Below the pieces are notes generated by a model that was not told the origin of the DNA, ran no database searches, and saw only the letters and a list, made by a program, of their open reading frames with translations. From assembly GCA_003427395.1 (NCBI GenBank), contig BFEA01000005.1:3515278-3579277 (forward strand): 64,000 nucleotides of DNA, in the 5' to 3' direction. Source of the stretch: Chara braunii (Eukaryota; Plantae; Charophyceae). How positions within the stretch are numbered: the stretch's first letter is position 1; each line of letters begins with the position of its first letter. Made by a program: the position numbers and the translations under genes. This document shows positions 34,401 to 47,088 of this stretch, one piece after another.

Positions 34401-36678
34401 CCTGCCCCTACTCGCTTCACTTCGCCACTACCTCAGATTCCCAATTGGCAGCTCCCATACGGATAGTCGATGCTGGGTCGAGGGCACGACTTGCTTGTAA
34501 AGCCCAAGCGTGGGCCTAGGTGAGACGACCCCGACAAAGGTCTTGGTGGTAGCAGCAAATATTAGAATGAGGACTTTGAAAACGGATGTGGAGGAGGGCC
34601 CCATGTGCACAGCCCGGCCAGACAATCCCCCTACGGACTCACCCATAATGCCTTGACCTGCTCTGCCCAGGCACTGTCCACTTCTTTTGGGTCCCGACGG
34701 GCATGCTCACACTCAAAAACCTCCCACGACAGACTACAAGGAACGGACGGCGCTCCGCAAATAGTCCCCACCATTCAGGTTCCTTCCGTCTCGTGGGCTA
34801 ATCACCCGCTAGCTCGCATGCATGTTAATCTTCCAGGTCCGTAGTTTTAAGACGGGCAAGATACATAAATTTCGTCAACATTCTCAACACACTGGAATCC
34901 GTAGGTCCGTCAAAACGAGGCGCACGCTCAAGGTCCCCGACTGCCATGACGACCCCTAATCCGATGTCGCGCCTTGTTTGAAGATCGCTGAAATATAAAA
35001 ATAATAATATTATGACAATAAATAATAAAATATTAAGAAAAAAATAATCATCCCAGAAGGACAAACGAACCCCGACTCCGCCGACGACAAAACCAAAAGG
35101 GGAATACGCCCGTCGGTCCTCAATTTTTCTGCGTCCACCACACACCTCTCCACTACTCCTACGCCATCGCCGTTGGCCTCGACCCCTGAATCTCCCTGTT
35201 GTAGGTCTGACACCGTAACCGATAGTGTTAGGCCCAAAACTGAGACTCTTACTAGTAGCTACCTATATAGGCAAATACCGCCTGGTGTGCGGATCTACTG
35301 AAACGTTTCTAAGTCACATTGTTGTCGATATCGTCCTCCGCAAGTACGTACAGATCACAGGCAAGCACGCCAATCAAGAGACAATATATTTTTAATCCTA
35401 GTTTAATCGGACATAAAAATCTGGCCGGCGACCAACACCGGTTTTCACAATCATCAAAGGGAGAAGAGATCACGAGCGCCTTAAGTCTGCGCGCCCACAC
35501 ACTCTCTACCCTAGTCAACCATCCTGCCAACGTAAACAATGGATACCATTGCAACTTGCGTGGTGTTCCAGACTTTTTAAACTAACTATTTTTTGTCACT
35601 TGCAAAACCCAGGGCGGATACCCTTGTAAGGGTATTCGCTCCGACACCGCGGGGGTTGACCTCGAGCCAAGGGAGGGGCCAGCAGGCCGATGCCGAGGCC
35701 TACCTGTTGGGTGACCCCGAAGCGATGGATAGACAGCCATCCACGGGAAAGCGGCAGACAAGCACGACCTGCAAGGACACAGGCAGGAGGCCTACTGGTG
35801 CAACCCTTCAAATAGACAAGGGTTGCTGCTATAGCTTCCGTACTAGGAGGTAGCCTTGTAGGTATTGCACTGAACTACCACTCGACAAAGACCAGAATTG
35901 AGCCCAGGCTACGCGAACACTGGGCTAGCTCCTTTTGGAGCTGCCTCACTTTGCAGATGGTGCGGTCCATCTCGACCGTGTGATCACAAAGATCATACGG
36001 CCGAGATAGGCCGCGTGGATTGCATAGCCCGTGCGCAAGGATGACAAACATAAATTGAGAAATGGGCCGAATTTTTTGAAACTTGGGTCTTTGAGAAGTT
36101 TGTGGGTTTACCACGAACGAGATGAATGTCAACATAAGCCAACAAGGAAAAAAAAAAAAAAAAAAAAACTAACACCAGAAAGCGTCATATGGCACACTTT
36201 GAAGTAATAGGGAGTTAGACCTCCCCGCGGACAGCACAAGCGTCCGAAGTAACGGGCAACCGTTTTCTTAGAAAGGTAAGTTTTGTTTTTATTTTGTTTT
36301 TGTTTTTTGTTTTTTTAGATTTTCTTCTTTCAGATTTGCTTTATATATATATTTTTTAGATTTCCTTTTTTGATTCGGTATTTTCTTTTTAGATTTTGAT
36401 CTTATTAGTAGTGCCCGTTCGTTTCTACGAACGGGCTGAGTACTTCCTTTACAGATGAGCAAAATCGAATAAATCTACCACGGAAGTGCGGCTACGTTCC
36501 GGGCGTGGGTTTTGGGACCCTGTACTTGAGTTACGAGGGACTCTCTGCACACGTTTGGGTGGTTTCCAGTTGATAGGGACAGGCGAGTCGTTTTCTGGTG
36601 GTCGAACGAACATTTTTGCTGCACCGTTCGGGTCTGTTTTTCTCGAACGGCTGTCACGACACTAGCAATAGGCGCGAC

Positions 36679-36680
<2 letters not shown>

Positions 36681-36761
<81 letters not shown>

Positions 36762-36762
36762 N

Positions 36763-36829
<67 letters not shown>
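36681..36829. repeat. (GA)n microsatellite
   Basis: Seen directly. Confidence 0.98.
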
Positions 36830-36830
<1 letters not shown>

Positions 36831-36907
36831 AAGGAAACGAACAACAGATTCATAGCAAGCCCGAACCTGGCGCCGTGGGCATCCAGGTACAGATGCGCTG
36901 GACACAA

Positions 36908-36961
36908 GGGAAAGAAGGCCCTATTGAGCTTGACTCTAGTTCGACTCTGTGAAAAGACTTG
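36908..36961 (+). pseudogene. Short degenerate fragment of cytosolic 25S/28S rRNA
   Basis: GGGAAAGAAGGCCCTATTGAGCTTGACTCTAGTTCGACTCTGTGAAAAGACTTG compared with the conserved LSU sequence, recalled from memory, GGGAAAGAAGACCCTGTTGAGCTTGACTCTAGTCCGACTTTGTGAAATGACTTG. Confidence 0.85.
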
Positions 36962-37144
36962 GAGCGGCGGCCGTTCGTTTTGAATGGCGACTTGCCCCTG
37001 CATAGGGAAACGAGGACGGGGGGGGATAAAACGAAAAAAGAAGAAAGAAAGAAAAGAAAGGAATAAAGTAAGAAAAGGAAAAAAAAAGGATGACGGCCAC
37101 GTACATGACCACAAATGTGGGATAGGTGGAGGGGAAAACAAGGT

Positions 37145-40100
37145 TGTAGGGAGTGATGGGACTGCGTCTGCTCGTTTTTGAACAGGCTGCAGTCTGGCTG
37201 GGTACAACCATTCCCTGGAGCATGTGGCCTGCGGGGAAGGCCAGATGCCTCCGGGAATGGAAGGTTCTAGTTCCCCGAGGGGAACATCAATGATTCTGAC
37301 CCTTGATGGTAGGTCCGAATCAAGGGCTCAGAACAACTACGTTTTTTTGGTTGTGGGCAAAGCAGCTAGCCACATGCCTTCGGCTGGTTATAAAAGCCAG
37401 CTCCCCACCCAGCAGCCTCACACTTGTGATAGTGCTGCTGGGCCATTCACTTGAGTGAATGCTGGTTGGCTGCTACTGTGGGGCGGTGCTGCCGGAAAGA
37501 AAGGAGACGAAGTGTTGTTGGAGAGGAGAGTAGTGGTCTGCAGGATAAGAGGAGGTGCTGCTGGTGGAGAGCTGGAGGTCTCCAAGATGAAGGGGGACGC
37601 TGCCGGAGGAGTGCGGGCAGCGCAGCCATAGCGAAGGGTTGGAGGCTCCCTGCCCCAACCTCGCGCTGGTGATGTGGCGGTGAGGTTGTGCTAAGGGTCA
37701 GCAGCGTGGCAAGGCATACCTTATTTTGTGGGGTTATGCCGCAGAGATTTCGACACGACGGCAACATGGTGGGGGAGATGATGTCGGACTGTCGCCGTAG
37801 CGTCAAGATCTTCCTAAGGGAAGGTGCTGTCGGATTTGTCGTGCACCGCCGATGTCTTTTTTAATCTGAGTGTGGGGAGGTGTTGTTCGATCATCGGCAC
37901 GGCAACGGCAGTGTATCCGGTAGGGTTACGCTGCCGAAATTTTGACTCGGCCGCAATTTTTCTTTGGGGGAAGTACTCTTCGTTCGACGGCATGATAACC
38001 GCAACGTATTCAGCAAGACAGTTATGTTGTCGAATTTACGGCGCGGCGAGGGACAATTCCGCTTTTATTTTTTGTGGTGCACAGCGGTTGTGGTGGATTC
38101 CAATGTGACCTAGAGGTTGGGCTGGCACTAGTGCACATTTGGGATCGTGCGGCAGTGGTGTGTGGGCCGACGGCATGAAGAAAGTGCAAAGTGAGTACAC
38201 ACCGTAGTGATTATTGGGCACACGGTACATGCAATTTTGAGCCAAGGCCACCTTTATTTTTTTTGCAGCGCGCGGTGTGACTTGTTTCTAGTTTTTGACC
38301 ATCCGGTATTGAGAACGATGGTATGGGACTGCATTGGGACCATCTTGGACCATTTTGGGACTAGGTGGGGCTGTTTTTTTTAATCAGAACGGGCGTGTTA
38401 GTGTGGCTATTGTGAGCGGGCATGGTGATGAGAGGGGGTTGGACTTGTGCTTAGGTTGGAACTATCCTTGGTGGACGAGGTGTCGTTGGGACTGTAGTGG
38501 GGCCATGTAGGACTTGTAAGTGAGAACACCCTCCTCGAGGGCTATCTCGGTTCGGTCCTTGTGGGTGGCCGCTAAATGTCCTTGTGGATACTTGAGGAGG
38601 ACATAAACCATCATTGGTAGTCAGCCATAACTTATGACTTGTGCGACTGATCTCTTTAGGAGTATTACCTCAACTTTCTTGAGTGAGCCGGATCAAAACT
38701 TCACTCAAGGTCAGTTGGTTGACTCAGACTTCCTTTCACACATGTGTGAACCCACACTTTGTTTGACCTTGTTCGCTTTCGACGTTCAAAATAGAAGGTA
38801 GAGGAAAGTTGTACAACTCATGTGTGTGAGTGAAAAAGTATGACTTGAGTATGAAATTGTACTAGTTTCTTTTGAACTTGTTGTTTTTGCGTGTTATCCA
38901 GGTAGGTAGAAGAATGTTTGCAAAGGAGATTGTTTATGCTTATTTGAGATGAAGAAAATGATTGTCCTCTTCCTATCTTTCACTTGCCTGCATGACAAAA
39001 GTACTTGAATTTTGAAGTGAATAATTTCAACGGGTGTCGTGAAAAAAAAATTATAAACATAATGAGGATGAAGATAATCACACTTATTTTTTTTCCAATG
39101 ATTTACCTTTCTAACCCGAATGACCTTATCTACCTGTACTTGTCCAAATGGTTCTCGTTCTCTATCACCTCTGTTTCTTTTTGTCTAGGTTACCCTGAAG
39201 TTAGGAGATGTGAGAATAACTGAAAACTACTCGAAGTGAACACATTCTATTTCTGTAGGGAGCATCTGGGGCGGGGGTTCGTTACTTTAGGAGGTGGCCC
39301 CGTTATCGATCCAGAGTGGACCATTCTACGGGGGGGTACTCTGCCGATTCGGTGGAGACTACCCGACTTCTTATATTCGAGTCTTCTGCTCAGGCGAGGA
39401 GGAGGAGTACCCCATTCCACTTCCTAGAGGGAGAGGCATGCAACACTTCAAGCAATGCACCTGATCAAGAATCATTCACAAAACAATTTGTCATCCAAGA
39501 AAGATTGGAAGCGTATGAAGACGAGTGTGTGCGTGCTGAATCTTAGTTTGATGATAGGTTGGAATGAATGACTTTGGCAGTGTGTCTCATCAAGTCAAAA
39601 CTAAGGCAGCCGATTACCTTGTCGGTTGCATGAATATGATTGTCGGTAGCCAACTCCTTGTTGGCGGTTGTTTGATTTTTTTGTAGTATTTGACCTAAGA
39701 GGGTTAGATTTCGTTTTGATATTATATTGTTGGATGTGTTAAATTATGATCAGAGTTCTTTTTGTTATCATTTCAGATTGGCTATATGTTCCTGTTCACT
39801 ACGGTCGATTCCTTATGATGTAAATATATGTGGATGTTATAATGTTTTTTTGGTTATATGTTTAAGGGACTAGGACTAATATTTGTAGTTTCATACTTGG
39901 TTGAGACCGTCCTAGTCGACCGACGTTTGCTTCGTACTTAGAAGATTAGCGCCCTTAGAAACGGACGACGTTCGGGTCCACTTGACATTAACCAAGCGTA
40001 TCTATATTACAGCGAACGAGCAAACACCCTCGACTGACCTACCTCTGCAATTGCATTTTAAAACTTTCGTATGTGGGTCAACAACTCGATAGGGATACGT

Positions 40101-40365
40101 CCCTAAGGGCGGTGACAACCCCTTAGGGAAGGCAAGATGTGCCCTGCGGGAACCTATCTTGTTGTAGGGGACTGGGGGAAGTACAGCTGACGCACCTGGC
40201 TAGAGCGGCGAAGGGACGATGCGCCTGCCACCGTCTAGACGGTTCGCGGGATGTTATGCATCGTTCCCAAGTTGTCTCCGTGATTTTGTTTTGTTTTACT
40301 CCTACGTGACATGGCCGGGAGGGTTCCCTTGCTTTGTAAAAAGATGGGAGTCGATGCGCTCCACA
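37145..40365 (+). repeat. LTR B2 (either a solo LTR or the 3' LTR of element B)
   Basis: 3' 2.1 kb homologous to B1, ending …GCGCTCCACA. Putative start TGTAGGG follows a purine-rich tract. Flanks are AGGT / ACGT. The 5' boundary is uncertain. Confidence 0.65.
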
Positions 40366-40369
40366 ACGT

Positions 40370-40585
40370 ATGCACCTTCTCTTGGCCCCGTTTTTCGCCT
40401 CTGAGATGGCCGCTTACAGCTTTGGGTCTTTCCTCATCTCCTCCTCTTTAGCTCCTTCTGCGTTAATTTTCAACTTTGCCTCGTCGTCATCAAAATTTGG
40501 GATAGTAGTAAGTCAAGGGCTTTCCCCCGATACTCGTGACCAACGAGTTAGGAGCCTCCAGCAGTCCGGCATATACCCGTGCAGC
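40370..40585 (-). pseudogene. Diverged homolog of the element-A LTR ORF at 17185
   Basis: LHGYMPDCWRLLTRWSRVSGESP*LTTIPNFDDDEAKLKINAEGAKEEEMRKDPKL*AAISEAKNGAKRRC. Confidence 0.8.
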
Positions 40586-40859
40586 CCAGTACGAGAGGCT
40601 AAAGTTGTTGTCACCACTAAGGTCCCCTCCCCAAACACAACACGATCAGAGTCTAGCCACCCACACTCACATAGCAAGTTTGTCAAGAATGAGAGAAGGT
40701 TAACAACCGGAGTTACTGACGTCGCCCTGCGGGCCATCCGCCAGCAGTGCTGCTCACGCCACAGTTCTACATGGCGAAGAAAATGTGAGGTCCAACCTCC
40801 TCCATCTTCAGTTGGTTACAATGTTCCCCTGCTCAAAGCCGTTCTCAAATGTTCAAACT

Positions 40860-41405
40860 CAAGACTGGTCGTCTCGCAAAGTGCTGGAGGGGCCCGTTGC
40901 AGGAGTGTTGGAGACCGGGGCTAGCGAGTATCAATGTCATGCTTCGGAGGGTGCGTCCGTCGACTTTGAGAGCAAGAGTACAGTAGTTCCGGGGGAAGAG
41001 GAGGTGCATGATGTGCAACGAGAAGAGGAGACTCAACACTGGCCGCCTCCCAAAGTGTTGGAGGGGCCCGCTGCAGGAGTGTCGGAGATCGGGGCTACCG
41101 AGCATCAATGTCATGCTTCAGAGGGTGCGTCCGTCAACTTTGAGAGCAAGAGTACAGCAGCTCCGAGGGAAGAGGAACTCTCACAGGAAGCGCGTGCTGT
41201 GCAGTGGAAAGAAGAGACTGAACACTGGCCGCCTCGCAAAGTGCTGGAGGGGCTCGATGCAGGAGTGTTGGAGACCGGGGGCTAGCGAGCATCAATATCA
41301 TGCTTCGGAGGGTGCGTCCATCGACTTTGAGAGCAAGAGTACGACAGCTCCGGGGGAAGAGGAACTCTCACAGGAAGCGCATGTTGTGCAGAGGGAAGAG
41401 GAGCT
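40860..41405. repeat. Three ~175-190-bp tandem repeats
   Basis: CTGGCCGCCTCGCAAAGTGCTGGAGGGG…GACTTTGAGAGCAAGAGTAC at ~40865, 41039 and 41225. Confidence 0.9.
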
Positions 41406-42663
41406 TCTCCAGGGCTCATCGAAAAATACCATTAACATCGGGGACACCGAAGAGGTTTTGCACAGTGGGTCGCCACGGACGATGCAAGAGGGTGACGTTA
41501 AGGGAAGTCTGTGGATGTTTTTGGAAGGCAAAGACCGTGGGGAGGAAGGGCGTGCGTGGACGTTTGTGGAAGCTCGACTTCTTGGCGATGAGGAAGGCGA
41601 AAAAGAACCCATGGTGGAAGCTCGTTTTTTTGGCGGTGAGGTGTCGATCGGTGTCCAGGATACCTTATCGGTTGTGCATATTGAGTCTAGGTTGACGATG
41701 CCTCTCCACATAGATCCAGAGCGGAAAGATCATGATTCTCCGTCCACCCGCTGCGGTGAAGAACAAAGTGATCGAGCGTCTGTCCTTATTACCGGTCGGG
41801 AAATGGTACTTCATGAAGCCATCGAGTTGGTTAGCGACCTAGCTGCCATCGAGCTGGTTAGCGACATAGCCGTGGTCGAGGCTTAGAACATCAAATCCTC
41901 CGTGGACGTTGGCACAGTGGCGCGACAGGAGGCCGATTTCCCTCGACAGACTCCCGATCACGGTAAGATTTGTGAATAGTAGCATTCACATATTTATCAC
42001 TATTCAGCTCTCTGGTCATCCAGATTTATATGATGGGCTCATGTAGCTATTACCACTTGTTAAATAAAAGCTTGTGGGTTGTGGGTTGTTTTTTATGTTT
42101 TACAGGTGTGAGGTTGTCAATGTCCCTGCCCATGAAGCCTTCAAAAGCCATGCACGAAAAATCGTTTTCAGGGAGGTCATTGACCGCTTTACCGAAGAAG
42201 TCCTCGTCAAGTGTAGGGTTGTTTAAAAGGGTCCAGATGCCTCGCCTTTCCGGAGGGTTAGTAGGTGTTATAGGCCATGGAGGCGGAGGGTCAGTAGGTG
42301 TCATAGGCCCTGGAACTGGTCCACGCACCTTGAAAATAGTAGGGGGTGGTGGAGGGGAGGGTCAGCAGGTGTCATAGGCCTTGTTACAAGTTGCAGGTTA
42401 ATGAGAGCACTCGAACAAACCTGGAGTTTATTCTGAGTTGCAGAGCGGCTGCTCCAAAAGGCTTAGCCTACCTAGAAAATAGCCAACAAGGGAGAAATTC
42501 GATGTCACATTGATTTTAAGGGGGTTGGTCACNNNNNNNNNNNNNNNNNNNNNNNNNNNNNNNNNNNNNACTAACCAAACTTATACGGACGAAGGGACTC
42601 TACGTAACAACCGCTACAAACAAGTAGAACCAAAACAAGTCCCGTTTTCGGGCCCTTGCGGAC

Positions 42664-42700
42664 CTGTCTCTTATACACATCTAGATGTGTATAAGAGACA
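42664..42700. other. Nextera mate-pair junction adapter (assembly artefact)
   Basis: CTGTCTCTTATACACATCT followed by AGATGTGTATAAGAGACA (back-to-back Tn5 mosaic ends), ~95 nt from an N gap at 42533..42569. Confidence 0.97.
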
Positions 42701-44170
42701 TATCATAGGCCCAGTAACAAGTTGCGGGTTGATGGGTCAGGTACTCCAAGCGATGGCGGTTGTTGATCTTGCGAGACCCATGGCACTGCCCACTTAGCAA
42801 CACTTAGCAATGATTGTTTCGATTTATTCTTATTTATGTCGCTCCTCAGTTCATATTGCCAGCATAAATTTCTCTTGTTTATTTCGCTCCAACATGAATT
42901 TCGGCTTCGTTACAAAAGTGAACAATCAAAAGGTTCACTTTTAACGAAATGTGTATTCGACGGAGATTACAACCTGTCGCACCACCATCCCCAAGATTAG
43001 GTACGACTACTGGGGAAGTTACCGCAAATCGACACATGCGCCTCTTTTCTTTGTAGCTCGCTCTTCCGCCCTTTTAATGTACTGCACTTGATCGAGTATT
43101 CTGCCGAGGTTCGCCAAAGAACGCCTCGCTTCCTCTCATTCGATAGGATGAGCAACGCACCCTCCAACAAGTAAGTCTCCACCCCGCGGATCGCGTCACG
43201 CTATTTTCATCGAGAGGATGGACAAAATCGGAATGAATCTTCCCCCAGAATGCGGGGAGATTATCCGTGCCCCCGTGCAAAGGTCGCGCGGCATCAACCT
43301 ATGAAACCGCGCGTTCATTGAACGCAGGTTTTCCGTTCAGAAACTGAACGGAATGCACGCGCGTGCAATGAATGCGACCGAACGCGGAGTTCAATTCCGC
43401 AAGGGAAAAAAAAAAGAAAAAAAAAAACTCGAAACATTCCGAAAAAAAAAATGTTATGAAGAAAAATAAAATAAACAACATTTGTATGGTCACGGAGAAA
43501 AACTCACGCAAGAGCAGAGTTCGTCAACACAATTTCAAAGAAGATGAGTTAACAAGACGTCAACACATATTCAAAGAAGATGAGTTAACAAGTACAATCG
43601 TATGATATTACAGGTACACCAACATCGTTCCACCGCTCCCAGAAACCACCATTCGTACCGCAAACCCAACGTCCGCTGTCATAGTCGTCAACATCCCGGA
43701 ATGTCAACGCTACTAATTAGCAGACCCCCGTAAGAGATCGAGTAGATTGCACTAACCAAACTTATACGGACGAAGGGACTCTACGTAACAACCGCTACAA
43801 ACAAGTAGAACCAAAACAAGTCCCGTTTTCGGGCCCTTGCGGACCGGTACGGGTACCCATCGCGCCTCCGTCATTATCGAAAGACCAGCTAAACAGGTAG
43901 AACCAACAAAAACTAGCTAAACAAGCAGAACCAAAAAAAGAAGACTCCATTACCGGGCCCTCGTGGACCGGTACGGGTACCCTTCGCACCTCCGTCATTA
44001 TCCGAAAGCTGGCCACTGAAACCTTAACCATACAAAATCCGATTGCAATACTGTCCGAACATACACAAAAAAGACTACAAAGTAGTACACATCAGAACCC
44101 TGTGCGAGCATGAAAATCAGTGTCAGCAAATAGGACTCCCTGTCTGACAAGCAAACTACAATTTTTTTCC

Positions 44171-47055
44171 TCATTCCAACAACCTGAGCGTCTGTTTCCA
44201 GACCTCATCCCTCTGAAAGGCAAATCTTTGCAGTACTCTTCCAAAGAATTCCATCGGGCAGTCTTTCAATCTTAACTCCCGTTTCAAGGATAACACTCGT
44301 CGTGGGATCTCACTCCGGATAGACGTGTTTTGGTCAATTCGGTGCGGATAACTGCTAATAGTTGTGCTCTTCTGTTGTTTGGTTCCCCAAGATAAAAAGG
44401 ACTGTCCATTTTTTATCTCCAACTCACCGTCACACCATATGCTATGCTCATTCCTTGACATTTGAACACATCCCAAATATGGAAAGTTGTCACGACTTTT
44501 TATAATGCAACCTAAGAAGTCAACCGCTCTAGCCAATGACGCTGTCACCAGAATCCATCGTCAGTTCGCTTGAGGCTCAGTTCTTTTTATAATGCAGACC
44601 AGATCCATCGTCAGTTCGCTTGAGGCTCAGTTCTTTTGGGTAACAACATTCAAACCCCTTTAACACTCTTTCAAGTGTCGTCCCAGCCAATGACGCTGTC
44701 ACCAGAATCACGTCATTAACAAGCCGCACACCAAACACCTGGCGGTCATACTTCCCCAAGCTATTCACAAAGGAATACTCAGCGTAGGCACAAAGTATAC
44801 AGGCTAGCGGGGGGCTTGTAGTCTTACCCATCGGGAGGCCTACATCCTGTCTGAGGAGGACCCCAGTAGCAAATGTGTAGGTATGTCGAAGTTCGATTTG
44901 CACAAATTTCAGCATATCCTGAAGATGCAGCATTCTCCAATGATCACTGCCCGTCGTTTTTCCAAAGGAGCATCCCTTTCCTCTGCCGTTAACCCGCACA
45001 AACTGACGACCTTTCCTCTGATGAAAGTCCACGACCCACTCGACAGCTTTCAAAATATCCTGATGTGGAAGGCGACTAAACATGTCTTTTATATCAAAGG
45101 CATGGATAGTCACTTCCGGCTATAAGTCAACTTGGTGAATCCTTTTACTGATCTTCTCCAATCTCGTGACTAGCTAAGAGACCGCAGGAAGGTTAAAATG
45201 CCATCCGGCAGGCAGTTTTGACAACAAAAAGTTCAGACCCTTGGCGACCACTCTACCCATGCGAATCATTGGTTCGCTATAGGTAGGACAGATGGGCCGG
45301 TAACGCTTTAGGTCCTTGTGTTTTGGAATCACGTACGCTGCGCCTACCTTCCCATTCCTATCCCATCTGGCAAACTTACTCAAACCTGCACGCTCCACAT
45401 CCTCACGTATTTCACGCAAAACCACGCTCTCAGGTACCGACATAATTCTATACCCAGGATTGCGAACAAAGGTGCCCATCATCGCATTATAATAAATGCT
45501 AGGACACATGACCAAAGTCTCGCCAGGGTTACGCTCAAGAGGGGTCAATACGAGCCCGTCGAACTGTTGCTTCACCTTTTTCACTTCGCCAATCGTCAAT
45601 TGCCCAGTTGAAATACTTCCATCACTCAAACAACCAGTTAATGCATCATCAAATATCGAGGGCAAATTGCCCTGAAAATTTCTCCACGACCGAAAACCAT
45701 CCAAAATCTTTGTCCGCAACAGGCATACGCGATCAACAATCTGAGCTTTCGGAATATTATTCGCATTTACCAACGGAGGGTGATCTACCTGATCCTTGCC
45801 AAGGCGAAAATGCACGTGCCCATCCACTCGCAGGTAGGGCAATCCTGCACAATGGCAGGTAAGCACCTGCCGAGTTGCAGCAACTCGGTGGTTGTGCAAA
45901 AATCCGGCAATTGCCTGGTTCTTCTGCCAGACTATCCGGGTCTTCATACGTGCATGACGCAAGAAACAAGTAGGAAGGTCACAACTCATCAGCGAATCAT
46001 TAACCAGCTTACGAAGTTGACAAAGCCTGATCCTATTGTCAAATTTGACTTTAATCAACAGATCAGAACTTAGACTGAGATCAAACTTCTCCAAGAATAC
46101 TCGAGCCAACAGACGACGCAGGTATTTCCTTGTTGATTTTTTGGAAAAATATTTTACAACTTTATACACACGTAACAAGGAACGCATACCACATTTATAG
46201 AAATCCGATAGTGTCCTAGGGTTCTTCAGGAGGGAGATGAATACCCTCTTCAAATACGTGCACCGTGGTTTCCAAACCTTCACCTATTCGATCACCAAAG
46301 AACCCCCGTTTTCAAGCAAAGACTTGCACTGCCGAAGATGTTGCTTGCCCGATTTAGTCAACACTACCGATGCCCCAAAGGCAAGTGACGCACCTGCCAA
46401 ATATTCCCCCCACTCGAATACACCTCAAACTTACATTACCTGCATCGACATGTTCGCTCAAAATCTGAAAAAGACTAAGCCTCCAATCTTCGTCATTACC
46501 TGTACGAAATCGCACTGGCGCGATCGTATGTGGGCTATCGGCAACCAGTCCCGTTCGTTCTCTTTCCCTCCTTCCTCTACTACGTGTCTTACCAGGACCA
46601 CCACGAGAGTGCTTAGTGCCCGAAGTGTTAAGATAGGGTGACCACTAACGAATATACACCTCCTCCAACTTCGTCAACTCATCACTGGCTATGGAGTCAA
46701 CGGGAATCAGAACATAATTCCCTATGCCAAAGGTGCTCAGCCACCTATAGAAATGGTTTTGGCTTCGAGTACGGCATGCGTACAAATGTTCCCGCCAGCG
46801 AACGTTGATGTGTCTAGTGGTTTTTTCCACATATTGTGACTTACAATACGGGGGAATAGCAACGTAAACACAATTGGTAATATTAACGAAATCACTACCA
46901 AACTTCTCGTAGAGCCTCACCCATGCACTAATGCACTTCCTCGTCCATCGAAACACTCCATGTAATGACAATCGAACGACAATCAATCGGAGGAGTTCCT
47001 CCACCCCAAAATCAATACAGGTACTGGTTGCCCTCCACTTCGACAAACAGTTCAA
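44171..47055 (-). pseudogene. GIY-YIG endonuclease plus reverse transcriptase, fragmented
   Basis: CVYVAI…QYVEKTTR…RWREH…E; IPKHKDLKRYRPI; AFDIKDMFSRLPH; QDVGLPMGKTTSPPLA; RLVNDVI (degenerate xxDD motif). Confidence 0.9.
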
Positions 47056-47088
47056 AATCTCCCAAAGATCGGCAATCCCAAAGCCGCT

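Larger units (their letters stand above)
28434..35646 (-). mobile_element. Solo giant LTR, family C (~7.2 kb)
   Basis: Minus-strand termini TGTCGGAG … GATGCTCTCGATA (homologous to the B end GATGCGCTCGACA); 4-bp TSD CCGC at 28430..28433 and 35647..35650; no pol motifs inside. Confidence 0.8.

Noticed and set aside
36908-36961. Functional rRNA gene
   Set aside because: Only ~54 nt, with substitutions and no flanking rDNA.
42570-42663. Third Penelope pseudo-LTR
   Set aside because: Bounded by an N gap and the adapter; most likely one arm of a mate-pair read.
42664-42700. Natural Tn5/IS50 ends or horizontal transfer
   Set aside because: It is the synthetic back-to-back mosaic-end junction of Nextera mate-pair libraries.
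41950-43290. Host gene fragments on the minus strand
   Set aside because: Short interrupted frames with no recognisable domain, in a region disturbed by a gap and an adapter.
43484-44111. Hammerhead ribozyme in the pseudo-LTR
   Set aside because: No CUGANGA…GAAA core found by eye on either strand; a variant cannot be excluded.
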